Virus record (IMG/VR): IMGVR_UViG_3300020182_000028
Coordinates: 3,492 to 67,491 of that record
Reading direction: 5' to 3' (one strand)
Length of the DNA stretch: 64,000 nt
From: a virus
Every line of letters begins with the position of its first letter. The first letter of the stretch is position 1. Position numbers and translations under genes: made by a program. Below, piece after piece: positions 10,608-19,753 of the stretch. Under the pieces are notes generated by a model, which was not told the DNA's origin, searched no databases, and was given only the letters and a program-made list of their open reading frames with translations.

Positions 10608-11594
10608 ATGAGTAATATTATTAATAATACAACATCTTGGTCACTTTTTTCCAATGCAAAAAAATCTTATAATAGTAACTACGGCCTTTGTGGCCAAATA
10701 ATACATCATGGTGATCCAAATATTGAAGAACGTTATACTAGTGATTATGATACTAGAACCGATCTGTCAGATGTGAACTATATAAAATCTAAAAAACATA
10801 TATTGTTTTTTGGTGATAGTTTCACATACGGACACGGCATCAGTGGAAAACACACCATTACTAATGTAATGCAACACAAGATGAATGATGATTATATATT
10901 AATTAATCTAGGTAAGCCTGGGGCAAGCGGCGATAAAGTAGTAGAAATTTTTTGCCAATGGATGAATTGCGAATATGCTGATAACGTACATACAGTTGTT
11001 GTCAATTTTCCAGATCATTCTCGGAATACATTGACACGGACAGTAAATTTTAAAGAATGGGGAAATAAGAGATTACAATTGTATGATGATATGGTTAACC
11101 CCAATGCTGACATGAGTTTATTGCCAAAATTTGTAGCATCTGGCTATGCCGACATAATAAAAGAGGAAGAGGCAAAAGAAATTCACGCCGCCTATTATAA
11201 AAATTTTTGTACTCCAGTACTAGATTTAAAACGATATGAAAAAAATTTATTATTATTAACAACATTGTGTAAGCTCAACAATTTAAATTTAATTTCATGG
11301 CATTGGTATAGTTATTTAAATGCTTTTGAACCACCCTATCATGAGTATGCTATAAGTGATAATAAAATTTTTGAAAACATAATACAAAATTTACAGAAAT
11401 CTTTTTCTGAACAAGGATTAATTTACAAAACCATCATTGATATTCGTGAAAAAGTTAAATTAGAATATAACACTCAATATGGAAAAGAAGATCCAAACAA
11501 ACTGCATCTGCGCCTCGAAGATGGACACTTTAGTAATAAAGGGAACAAGATATTATCTGAAATAATTTATGACACACTTAAAGGAATTATTTAA
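10608..11594 (+). CDS. SGNH/GDSL hydrolase-like protein
   Basis: FFGDSFTYG (block I), NLGKPGAS (block II), EDGHFS (block V). Confidence 0.7.
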   Translation: MSNIINNTTSWSLFSNAKKSYNSNYGLCGQIIHHGDPNIEERYTSDYDTRTDLSDVNYIKSKKHILFFGDSFTYGHGISGKHTITNVMQHKMNDDYILINLGKPGASGDKVVEIFCQWMNCEYADNVHTVVVNFPDHSRNTLTRTVNFKEWGNKRLQLYDDMVNPNADMSLLPKFVASGYADIIKEEEAKEIHAAYYKNFCTPVLDLKRYEKNLLLLTTLCKLNNLNLISWHWYSYLNAFEPPYHEYAISDNKIFENIIQNLQKSFSEQGLIYKTIIDIREKVKLEYNTQYGKEDPNKLHLRLEDGHFSNKGNKILSEIIYDTLKGII

Positions 11595-12206
11595 ATGACT
11601 ACTAGCAATACCAAGTACATTGTTAACGCATTGCAAAAATCTAATATCAATATATTGCCATATGAATGGATGCACATCGAAAATATATTTTCAGATGAAT
11701 ATTATAAACTATTAAAATCCACCCCATTAGAAGAAGTACAAAAAATGTTGATAGATGATTTTAATGATCCAGATGTATTCGACACTGTTATTGAAAAATT
11801 TACTGGTGCACCGTTAAATGGTGATACAATTAATAGTATATATGCTTTTTGGCAATCACACGGCAAAGGCTACACTTTGAAACCACATGAAGATGGTGAA
11901 ACTCGTATTTTTACTTTCACTATATATCTTGCTGATAATAATGATTATCCTGAAGCCGGCACTGCTGTATATGAAGTAAACGAGAATACAAAAGAGTACA
12001 AAACTGTGAGTATGATACCATATACCATGAATAGTGCAATGCTTATTGCGCCGTGTAAAAAGAGAACGTGGCACGGTGTTAATATGTTAGAACACAATAT
12101 AAAAAGAGATAGTATAGTTTTAGTATTTGCAACACATAAATGGGAGCCTGGCCAAATGCATTATGCTGATTGGAAATCTGGGATAAGTGTGACACATGTT
12201 ATATGA
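11595..12206 (+). CDS. 2OG-Fe(II) oxygenase
   Basis: PHED (HxD), FTIYL, GTAVY, WHGV facial-triad His, distal R-x-S (RDS). Confidence 0.75.
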   Translation: MTTSNTKYIVNALQKSNINILPYEWMHIENIFSDEYYKLLKSTPLEEVQKMLIDDFNDPDVFDTVIEKFTGAPLNGDTINSIYAFWQSHGKGYTLKPHEDGETRIFTFTIYLADNNDYPEAGTAVYEVNENTKEYKTVSMIPYTMNSAMLIAPCKKRTWHGVNMLEHNIKRDSIVLVFATHKWEPGQMHYADWKSGISVTHVI

Positions 12207-12648
12207 AGAAATAGATGGATGGCGTTGTGTTGTAGTTGTGAGTAGCGATTCTAGATTACACTTGAATCAAAATGCAGTTGATGGTGTAAAAATATCAGAT
12301 GATGATATAAATTTAATGCGAAGCGATGTATATTATAACTTTAAAGTACTAGCAAATGATTTTGACGGTGTTAAAAATCAATGGTTGGATTACCCTCACA
12401 TCCAATATTTAACTAATGCATATGAATTCAATTCGGTGGAACGAGCCGTAAATATTCCATATAGTAATCTTATATCATTGGACTTGGATAGTAATCCAAT
12501 GGCTATACATCAAAAAATGGGAAGTATATCTTTTGGTTGTGGTGATTGTGGTGATACATTTTTTTCGTATGGGTCATCAGAATTAATCTTCAATGGACTG
12601 TTTCAAAGCTTTTCGGGCAGCGGTTCTGGAAGTATTTGGGTGAGATGA
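12196..12648 (+). CDS. Hypothetical protein
   Basis: 150 aa ORF, last plus-strand gene before the inverted island. Confidence 0.5.
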   Translation: MLYEEIDGWRCVVVVSSDSRLHLNQNAVDGVKISDDDINLMRSDVYYNFKVLANDFDGVKNQWLDYPHIQYLTNAYEFNSVERAVNIPYSNLISLDLDSNPMAIHQKMGSISFGCGDCGDTFFSYGSSELIFNGLFQSFSGSGSGSIWVR

Positions 12649-12661
12649 TTGTTATCTTTCT

Positions 12662-13447
12662 TTAAATAATTTTCACATAATTCAATCTAGTCTCTTTAAT
12701 GTCAGGATTCCCCCAAACAGTGCTGCAATCTTTGACTTTTGCAGTAATACTAAAAATTCCAGTCATATCTGATAATTCATCTTTGGTAGTAAAGAATGAA
12801 ACGCGATTACCATCGGGAGTAATAGCATTTATATTCCATCCAGCCCAAGCAGTTGCCTGACGTTTAGACATAATCTCAATATCTATAGTAACTTTATCAT
12901 CTTTACTTCCAACGTATTCAGAACCAACCGAACGTTCTTCTAATTTCTTTTTATTAGTATCACGTTTTACATATTCAGGAATAAAAGCAATAATGCCCAT
13001 ATGCTTTTGAATATATAATTCATCATCATTTTCTGCCAAAAATTCATGAATACTGGTTTCAAAATCGTTCATATTATCACCGAGAACTTTGAACATAAAT
13101 TCCATATTCAGATTATCAAGCATTGATTGTGCGGCATTCAATAACTCAGTATCTTCTAGAATATTTGGAACTACCTCTTCTAATGTTTGAATAACATGTC
13201 GATTACTTTCTTTAATACGTGTGTACCGCTGGACTTTTTCACCATCTTCAATTTTAGTAACAAAGTCAGACTTTCCACCACGTTTTAAATATTCGCCGTT
13301 AATACGTTGTGCTGCAATGGCCAAAGCAAGAACTTCTTGTTTTGTTTTTGGTTTAATATAAGCACCATTTTCTTTTAATTCTGGATTACAAAACTTGATA
13401 GGATCAATCATTTTATAAAGGTCGTTTATTTTATTAAGATTGTTCAT
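12662..13447 (-). CDS. Conserved phage protein with probable C-terminal OB-fold
   Basis: C-terminal YVGSKDDKVTIDIEI...VSFFT...ITAKVK...ETRLNYVK strand pattern. Confidence 0.45.
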   Translation of the reverse strand: MNNLNKINDLYKMIDPIKFCNPELKENGAYIKPKTKQEVLALAIAAQRINGEYLKRGGKSDFVTKIEDGEKVQRYTRIKESNRHVIQTLEEVVPNILEDTELLNAAQSMLDNLNMEFMFKVLGDNMNDFETSIHEFLAENDDELYIQKHMGIIAFIPEYVKRDTNKKKLEERSVGSEYVGSKDDKVTIDIEIMSKRQATAWAGWNINAITPDGNRVSFFTTKDELSDMTGIFSITAKVKDCSTVWGNPDIKETRLNYVKII

Positions 13448-14502
13448 TATTTATCCTTTTTAATTTCGTTGTGATACGCTTTATTTTTTGCACATGTTTT
13501 TATACATCCAGGTAAATGTAAATCATTATAAGGATGCCAACTTTCTACTAATAATTTTTTATACCACGGATGTTCTAGAACTTCATCTATGCTTTTATCT
13601 TTTAAACTATTCCACTCATTACCTTGTGTTGCTAATTTTTCTAACATTTTATCATTGTTGTATAAAGTATTATCCCAAAGAAAACAACATGGCCATAAAG
13701 TTAGATCATTTGCTATAAAAATTTCGCCTTCGTGTATATATTTACAAATAATACTATTAGTTACAGTTGAGATCTTTTCTTCATCAAGGCGGTTGCGTTG
13801 ATATTCTTCAATAAAATTATCTAATTCTTTGACTACATCTACTTTACTATGTTGTTTTTTACCTGTTGTGGTAATTGTTTTTTCTATTTTCTTATTTTTC
13901 TTACCTAATTTAACAAGCCAATCATCCTCACTATTACGCATACCGGTACGAATACCAAAATTAAAACCTAAAGATTCTGCATGTTTTCTGGCAGTTTCAA
14001 GTTCATGTTCGTTATGATCAAATACAATATATATCCACCCTGCTGAATCACTTGCCGCTGTTTTTGCAAAAGCTTCCATATTGCGTTTTACAACATTCCA
14101 TTTTGTATTTACACGATATATGTGATTTGTTTCTTTGTGTCCGTCTACACAAAAATGAATATGTAACCTACCAGGATTTTCTGCTGAAATGCGTCCTAAT
14201 TCTTCCCACCATTCAACAGTATTATATCCTCCGTTTGTACTATACTGTACATAGCCGCCGCAGCTAATAAGATATCTAGTCATTTCTAAACAATCAGGAT
14301 TTACAATAGGGTCACCTAATACTCCGCAAAATTTGAATTTTACTCCTGAATAGTCATCCACTGGAAATAGTCTTTGTAAATCTTGCAATGAAAAACTATT
14401 TACTACTAATTTATCTATGTTTAATGTTCTAGAACAACCCGGACACGCTGCATTACAATCGCTTGTAATTTCAAGCTCGACTTTTTTTAAATCTTTTAAC
14501 AT
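13447..14502 (-). CDS. Radical SAM protein with C-terminal SPASM-like domain (rSAM 3)
   Basis: ELEITSDCNAACPGC, CGVLGDP, C-terminal CKY...WPCCF...CIKTC; paralogue of 22065..23150. Confidence 0.9.
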   Translation of the reverse strand: MLKDLKKVELEITSDCNAACPGCSRTLNIDKLVVNSFSLQDLQRLFPVDDYSGVKFKFCGVLGDPIVNPDCLEMTRYLISCGGYVQYSTNGGYNTVEWWEELGRISAENPGRLHIHFCVDGHKETNHIYRVNTKWNVVKRNMEAFAKTAASDSAGWIYIVFDHNEHELETARKHAESLGFNFGIRTGMRNSEDDWLVKLGKKNKKIEKTITTTGKKQHSKVDVVKELDNFIEEYQRNRLDEEKISTVTNSIICKYIHEGEIFIANDLTLWPCCFLWDNTLYNNDKMLEKLATQGNEWNSLKDKSIDEVLEHPWYKKLLVESWHPYNDLHLPGCIKTCAKNKAYHNEIKKDK

Positions 14503-14518
14503 TATTTAATAGGACCAA

Positions 14519-14716
14519 TCATTGAATCTTCTCCACCATATCAGCCGCACGATCAAAATATTCAGAATATGTTTCTCCGTCTAAGAGAACTTGCCACTTT
14601 TCGAAAAGATCACTATCGACAAAATTCCAATTAATTTCACCGCTTTCTTTTTTGTTTTCTGGGATATAGGTTAGATTAATCAAATCATTGCAAAACCAAG
14701 CGAATGTAGCATCCAT
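14519..14716 (-). CDS. Small hypothetical early protein
   Basis: 65 aa acidic ORF, GGAGG SD, TAATG coupling to the upstream ORF. Confidence 0.6.
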   Translation of the reverse strand: MDATFAWFCNDLINLTYIPENKKESGEINWNFVDSDLFEKWQVLLDGETYSEYFDRAADMVEKIQ

Positions 14717-14868
14717 TATACTGCCTCCACTTTGTAACTACGAACTTCAGCCCATTCACCACTGTTACTAAGACTAGAATGTAATGAACGTGCATTTTCA
14801 TATGTCAAACCACTGACATGCATACTGTCTGCATTTTCACCAAAGTTCTTTGCTGCTACTGACCACAT
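14716..14868 (-). CDS. Small hypothetical early protein (50 aa; not in ORF track)
   Basis: Hand-translated MWSVAAKNFGENADSMHVSGLTYENARSLHSSLSNSGEWAEVRSYKVEAV; AAGGAG SD; downstream of promoter 14902..14930. Confidence 0.65.
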   Translation of the reverse strand: MWSVAAKNFGENADSMHVSGLTYENARSLHSSLSNSGEWAEVRSYKVEAV

Positions 14869-14901
14869 AATGTTCTCCTTAACTATCTAACTTATACATT
14901 C

Positions 14902-14930
14902 TTTATAGAGTGATTCGCAATGATTGTCAA
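14902..14930 (-). promoter_or_regulatory. Sigma70-type early promoter with CGAATCACT (GANTC) spacer box
   Basis: TTGACA-ATCATTG-CGAATCACT-C-TATAAA. Confidence 0.85.
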
Positions 14931-14933
14931 GAT

Positions 14934-15128
14934 TTAATACAACCATTCCTGTAGTTTTTCGTAAACAAACGAATAGTCATTGTTGATTACGTCAAGTTCT
15001 TCTTCTGTGGCTTCAACGCCATTGATAACAGCAGATTCAATATACGCATCGCAGAACTTAGGATAGTCTGCCATGTCAACACCTTCAAATTCGATATCAG
15101 TTACTTTTGTGAAATCTATAATATTCAT
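14934..15128 (-). CDS. Small hypothetical early protein
   Basis: 64 aa acidic ORF downstream of promoter 15160..15188. Confidence 0.65.
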   Translation of the reverse strand: MNIIDFTKVTDIEFEGVDMADYPKFCDAYIESAVINGVEATEEELDVINNDYSFVYEKLQEWLY

Positions 15129-15159
15129 ATTATCTTCTCTTTCTTTTGATTACTTAACT

Positions 15160-15188
15160 AGTATAAAGTGATTCGTTGGATATGTCAA
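15160..15188 (-). promoter_or_regulatory. Sigma70-type early promoter with CGAATCACT (GANTC) spacer box
   Basis: TTGACA-TATCCAA-CGAATCACT-T-TATACT. Confidence 0.85.
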
Positions 15189-15225
15189 CCAAATAAAAAC
15201 TCAAAATGTTTGTTCATCTTTTTCA

Positions 15226-15387
15226 TCAATTTATTCTCACTGCTTTTATATTATCTAAACTCGCACCAGTATACTTACTCGCACTGCCGCCTATCATAAA
15301 TGCTTTTTCACGTGCTGAGTATTCTGTCATTGCATATTGATATCCAAGAAAGATATTATTGTAAAATATTTGCCAAGTATAAATCAT
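15226..15387 (-). CDS. Small hypothetical early protein (53 aa; not in ORF track)
   Basis: Hand-translated MIYTWQIFYNNIFLGYQYAMTEYSAREKAFMIGGSASKYTGASLDNIKAVRIN; GGTGGAG SD. Confidence 0.6.
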   Translation of the reverse strand: MIYTWQIFYNNIFLGYQYAMTEYSAREKAFMIGGSASKYTGASLDNIKAVRIN

Positions 15388-15398
15388 CAAACTCCACC

Positions 15399-15596
15399 TT
15401 AACTATATTTTTCTACATGAACAACAAATCCAACTTGACGATTTGGATCATCGGCATCATGCCCGCTATCGTGTGCAATTGGCCCACGAATGTGCGTATC
15501 GCGGTCTGGCCGCCCAGTTTCTTTTGTATTGAAACCTTCGATATACGAAAGAGCCTCTTCTTTTGTTTTGAAGAAATAACTGTTTTTCTTGTGCAT
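15399..15596 (-). CDS. Small hypothetical early protein
   Basis: 65 aa ORF with AGGA SD downstream of promoter 15625..15653. Confidence 0.6.
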   Translation of the reverse strand: MHKKNSYFFKTKEEALSYIEGFNTKETGRPDRDTHIRGPIAHDSGHDADDPNRQVGFVVHVEKYS

Positions 15597-15624
15597 GATG
15601 ATTTCCTATCTAACTTATACATTC

Positions 15625-15653
15625 TTTATAAAGTGATTCGTCAATAATGTCAA
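15625..15653 (-). promoter_or_regulatory. Sigma70-type early promoter with CGAATCACT (GANTC) spacer box
   Basis: TTGACA-TTATTGA-CGAATCACT-T-TATAAA; -10 and leader (plus-strand CTATCTAACTTATACATTCTTTATA, 25 nt) identical at 14883..14907 and 15606..15630. Confidence 0.85.
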
Positions 15654-15665
15654 CCTTTTTCCCAA

Positions 15666-15673
15666 GATAAATA
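15666..15673 (+). promoter_or_regulatory. T4-like late promoter (GATAAATA)
   Basis: GATAAATA in the divergent intergenic gap upstream of ORF 15707. Confidence 0.5.
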
Positions 15674-15706
15674 ACTACGAATATAATAAAGAAGGATTTA
15701 TAAAAT

Positions 15707-16438
15707 ATGTTATATGCGAATGGATGTAGTTTTACATACGGTACTGGTCTAGCAAACAAAGTAGATGCTTGGCCTTATGAATTGGCAGAACTATTAGGAT
15801 TTGATAGAGAACAAACACAAACTGAAGCAGACCGTGGAGTTTCAAATGGTTACATTGTACGAACCACTATTAAAACAGTCAGCGATTTACTTGCAGATGG
15901 TGAGAAACCATTTGTTGCTATTGGTCTAACATCTCCCAGTAGAAGGGAGCATTTTATTGAATCAGCAAATTTATTAATACATAATATACCTTCACCTGAG
16001 TATCAGGGCAATGTTAGATTAGATGAAAATACGAACAAAGAACTAGCATTATTAAATTCACTTTATATGAAGCATTTTTGGTCGCCGGTATACGATTTTC
16101 ATCAATATATAATTCATATTATTACTGTACAAAATTTTTTAGAGAATGCTGGATTGGAATATGTTATATTTAATTCATTAAATTTATCTCCCAATCTTAT
16201 TGATCCTACAAAATTTTCAAAAATATGTGAAGATTTTGAAATGAGTAATGTAATGAAACAATTAGACATGACCCATATATACGAAGAACAAACATTTTTT
16301 ACATATATGTATGACAAGGGACTATTTTTTGAAGCAATTGACGATGAAAGATATATGCATCCCAATGCCGAAGCACATAAAGATTGGGCTAAAATTATAT
16401 TCAATGATATAGAACGAACAAGATCGGGTAATGGATAA
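15707..16438 (+). CDS. SGNH hydrolase-like protein (GCS variant)
   Basis: ANGCSFTYG, GVSNGYIVRT, YMHPNAEAH. Confidence 0.65.
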   Translation: MLYANGCSFTYGTGLANKVDAWPYELAELLGFDREQTQTEADRGVSNGYIVRTTIKTVSDLLADGEKPFVAIGLTSPSRREHFIESANLLIHNIPSPEYQGNVRLDENTNKELALLNSLYMKHFWSPVYDFHQYIIHIITVQNFLENAGLEYVIFNSLNLSPNLIDPTKFSKICEDFEMSNVMKQLDMTHIYEEQTFFTYMYDKGLFFEAIDDERYMHPNAEAHKDWAKIIFNDIERTRSGNG

Positions 16439-16707
16439 TGTATATATATTGTATATCAGATGGTAGCGATTTATGTAAGTTTGGTTTCAGTAATAATCCA
16501 GAAAAAAGGCTCAAAGCATTACAGACTGGAAATGCAAAAAAATTAAATATTATTGAAACAATTTATATAGATGGTGATGTTAATAAATTAGAGAAAAAAC
16601 TACACAGGGAATATTCACACCGTCGTGTACATGGTGAATGGTTTAATGCTACTCCAGAAGAAGGAAAAGAAATGTTAACCTGGTTTGAAATACATTACAT
16701 TAATTGA
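16438..16707 (+). CDS. GIY-YIG superfamily (T5orf172-like) nuclease-domain protein
   Basis: YIYCI...KFGFSNNPEKRLKALQTGN...EKKLH...GEWF. Confidence 0.75.
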   Translation: MYIYCISDGSDLCKFGFSNNPEKRLKALQTGNAKKLNIIETIYIDGDVNKLEKKLHREYSHRRVHGEWFNATPEEGKEMLTWFEIHYIN

Positions 16708-16973
16708 GAATTATTATGGGAATTAAGACTATTTTTGAAATATTAGATGCGTGGCATACTGAACGCAAGAGACACGATGACAAAACGTTTAAGCAATGGC
16801 TCAAACATGTCGGTGGATTGTGGACATCTAAAGAAGAATGGAAAAAAATAGGCAGATTAGAAACTTGGAAGCCAGTAGTTGAAGATACTGGAAAAGGTAT
16901 AGGCAAAATGTTTATAATAAAAGTTCTCACTGTAATAATATTAATAATACTAGTAAATTTAGGAATAGAATAA
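16704..16973 (+). CDS. Hypothetical protein with C-terminal membrane anchor
   Basis: C-terminal FIIKVLTVIILIILVNLGI hydrophobic helix; real start may be ATG 16716. Confidence 0.5.
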   Translation: MRIIMGIKTIFEILDAWHTERKRHDDKTFKQWLKHVGGLWTSKEEWKKIGRLETWKPVVEDTGKGIGKMFIIKVLTVIILIILVNLGIE

Positions 16974-16975
16974 GA

Positions 16976-17089
16976 ATGAAAAAAATATGGCAAATAATAA
17001 TTTATCCTTATACATTGTATAAAGAGAAAAAACGATTAAAAAAACGTTTAGCAGAACTACGTAAGCGTGATCCGTTTATATATAAATGA
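16976..17089 (+). CDS. Small basic peptide coupled to the carbamoyltransferase (37 aa; not in ORF track)
   Basis: Hand-translated MKKIWQIIIYPYTLYKEKKRLKKRLAELRKRDPFIYK; ATGA overlap with the next gene. Confidence 0.6.
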   Translation: MKKIWQIIIYPYTLYKEKKRLKKRLAELRKRDPFIYK

Positions 17090-18621
17090 TTGTATTAGGT
17101 ATATCAGGTGCATTAAACCATGATGCTGCGGTCAGCGTCATTGATGATGGTAAAATTCTTTTTGCCAGTCATAGTGAACGCTATTCTAAAATAAAAAATG
17201 ACCCTAACTTGAATGCAGAAATAATTCAAGAAGCTCTCTCGTATGGTCGCCCTGACGTTATAGCGTGGTACGAACGTCCTGTAATAAAGAAGTTTAGACA
17301 ATTTGTATCTGGTCAATACAATCTTGCGTTTGATATAAATGAATTACCCAGTAAGTATCTTAAACAATTTACCGAGTTAAAAGATATTCCAATTAAATAT
17401 CAATCACACCATTACACTCACGCGGCCAGTGGATACTTCACTAGTGGATATAATGATGCAGTTATTGCTGTTATTGATAGTATAGGTGAATATGAAACTC
17501 TTACTATATGGAAAGGTGTGGGAGAAACACTAACTAAAAAATATACACAATCGTATCCCAACTCAGTTGGTTTATTTTATAGTGCTATGACACAACGTCT
17601 TGGCTTAAAGCCTCAGGAAGATGAGTATATACTTATGGGTATGGCTGCATATGGCGACCATACAAGACAGGTTAGAGGTCGTACAATAGTTCAGCACATT
17701 TATGATACGCTAGATATACGTTTAAATGACACTAATCCTCCATTATTTAATATTGTAAGTTTCAAAAAAAATTTACATCGTGGATGTAAATGGTTCTTGC
17801 CAGAGTTAACTACCGAACAAGATTATTTTGATATTGCTGCAGCAACACAAAAAGTTTATGAAGATATATTAAGTGAAATAATAAACTATATAACAACTAA
17901 ATTTGGTTATCATAATAATTTAGTTATTATGGGAGGTTGCTCTCTTAACTGTAGTGCGAATAATTTAATAACAGGAAGATTTAAAAATGTTTGGATAATG
18001 CCAAATCCAGGCGATGCTGGTAGTTGTATTGGCGCATCGCAAAAATTCTTCGATACTAGAATCAAATGGGAAACTCCTTATCTAGGTCATAATATAGAAG
18101 GTAGTTATCCAGTAGAGAAAGCATTGAATGCATTACTTAATGGTGATATTATTGGCATTGCAAATGGTCGTGCAGAGTTTGGTCCACGTGCATTAGGTAA
18201 TCGTACTCTTACTGCTGACCCACGTGGAGAAACAATTAAGGATAGAATGAATGAAATTAAACGTAGGCAAAAGTTTAGACCATTCGCACCAATGATACTA
18301 GAAGAAGATGTACACGATTATTTCATTATGCCAGAAAACATTAATAGTTCGCCTTATATGCAATTTGTTGCTAAGTGTAAACATCCACTTGATTTTCCTG
18401 CAATTATACACGAAGATGGAACCTCACGTGTGCAGACAGTTAACAAACAACAGCATCCAGGATTATATACATTGTTGACCAAGTTTAAAGAAAAGACTGG
18501 TTGTCCCATGCTTGTGAATACATCATTAAATATTAAAGGTCAACCTATAGTTAATGATATAAACGATGCTCAAGAATTTTCCAAGCATTATGGTATAAAA
18601 GTCTTTACATCAGATGATTAA
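17086..18621 (+). CDS. O-carbamoyltransferase (NodU/CmcH/TobZ family)
   Basis: HDAAVSVI...SERYSKIKND, HHYTHAASG, GGCSLNCSAN, PGDAGSCIG, EFGPRALGNR, RQKFRPFAP, DGTSRVQTV, NTSLN. Confidence 0.92.
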   Translation: MIVLGISGALNHDAAVSVIDDGKILFASHSERYSKIKNDPNLNAEIIQEALSYGRPDVIAWYERPVIKKFRQFVSGQYNLAFDINELPSKYLKQFTELKDIPIKYQSHHYTHAASGYFTSGYNDAVIAVIDSIGEYETLTIWKGVGETLTKKYTQSYPNSVGLFYSAMTQRLGLKPQEDEYILMGMAAYGDHTRQVRGRTIVQHIYDTLDIRLNDTNPPLFNIVSFKKNLHRGCKWFLPELTTEQDYFDIAAATQKVYEDILSEIINYITTKFGYHNNLVIMGGCSLNCSANNLITGRFKNVWIMPNPGDAGSCIGASQKFFDTRIKWETPYLGHNIEGSYPVEKALNALLNGDIIGIANGRAEFGPRALGNRTLTADPRGETIKDRMNEIKRRQKFRPFAPMILEEDVHDYFIMPENINSSPYMQFVAKCKHPLDFPAIIHEDGTSRVQTVNKQQHPGLYTLLTKFKEKTGCPMLVNTSLNIKGQPIVNDINDAQEFSKHYGIKVFTSDD

Positions 18622-18632
18622 TATGTTATAAT
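18604..18632 (+). promoter_or_regulatory. Sigma70-type promoter for the second half of the tailoring cluster
   Basis: TTTACA-17 nt-TATAAT with TG extension. Confidence 0.6.
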
Positions 18633-18661
18633 GATATTAACTGTTAATTTATGGGTTACCT

Positions 18662-19753
18662 ATGGCATACGATTGTTTTTTTATTACTGATGAATTATCT
18701 GTTCAATCAATTGAACAGTATAAAAAAGTATTGACACAGATTCCAAATGCACAGTTGGTAAAATCAAATGACCCATCTGATATCAACAGTTTATATACAG
18801 AAATAAAAAAGAATGTTAATACTGAATACTATTGGGCAATTGATAGTGAAATAGATACATTTGACTTTGATTGGGAATTTAAACCTTCAGATTGGGATAA
18901 CGAATTACCGCATATATGGAGTACTGGCACCAGAAATATTTATGGCACGGATGTGGGTATTAGATTAATACATAAAAATCACGATGCAGGTATGATTGAA
19001 AATGATTTATACTTATTATCTGGTAAGTATGTTATGCATGATATGTTAAAATATAATCCTATTGGTAAACAACATGATATAATTTATCTAAGTTATGATG
19101 AAGAATTTGCTGATGAACACTATCAAAAATTATTAGAAAGATTTCCTTTTGCAAAAAGAGTTCATGGTGTTTCTGGGATTTTCAATGCACATAAAAAAGC
19201 AGCATTTCTCGCTGAAACTGATATGTTTTATGTGGTTGATGCAGATGCAATAATAACTTCAGATTTTAATTTTGATTATTATGCACCAAAATGGGATAGA
19301 GAAACTGTGCATGTATGGCATTCATTGAATCCAATTAATGATCTAGTATATGGCTATGGTGGTGTTAAATTATTTCCAACTAACTTACTACGTAATGCAA
19401 ATGATTGGAACATAGATTTTACTACTAGCATATCTAGCAGTTTTAAGTTGATGGAAGAAATATCTAATATAACTAATTTTAATACTGATCCTTTTAGCAC
19501 TTGGAAAAGTGCGTTTAGAGAATGTGCTAAATTATCAAGTAAGAGTATTAAAGGACAGGTTGATAGTGAAACCAATGACAGGTTACAGACTTGGAAACAA
19601 GTTGGAAAAGGCAAAACATTTGGAGAATATGCCGTAGAAGGAGCAATCGCAGGCTGCGATTATGGGGAAGAAAACAAAGAAGATATCGTTAAATTAAATA
19701 AGATAAATGATTATACATGGTTAAAAGAAAGGTTTGATATATATTATGAGTAA
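18662..19753 (+). CDS. Glycosyltransferase-like protein (GT-A, DADA motif) with a degenerate N-terminal duplicate domain
   Basis: HDIIYLSYDE...GVSGIFNAHK...VVDADA, LVYGYGGVK, SAFRECAKL; paralogue of 4268..5224. Confidence 0.6.
   Translation: MAYDCFFITDELSVQSIEQYKKVLTQIPNAQLVKSNDPSDINSLYTEIKKNVNTEYYWAIDSEIDTFDFDWEFKPSDWDNELPHIWSTGTRNIYGTDVGIRLIHKNHDAGMIENDLYLLSGKYVMHDMLKYNPIGKQHDIIYLSYDEEFADEHYQKLLERFPFAKRVHGVSGIFNAHKKAAFLAETDMFYVVDADAIITSDFNFDYYAPKWDRETVHVWHSLNPINDLVYGYGGVKLFPTNLLRNANDWNIDFTTSISSSFKLMEEISNITNFNTDPFSTWKSAFRECAKLSSKSIKGQVDSETNDRLQTWKQVGKGKTFGEYAVEGAIAGCDYGEENKEDIVKLNKINDYTWLKERFDIYYE

Noticed and set aside
15300-15647. Plus-strand ORF and alternative minus-strand ORF 15413..15622 in the early island
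   Set aside because: Conflict with the promoter/SD-supported minus-strand ORFs 15226..15387 and 15399..15596
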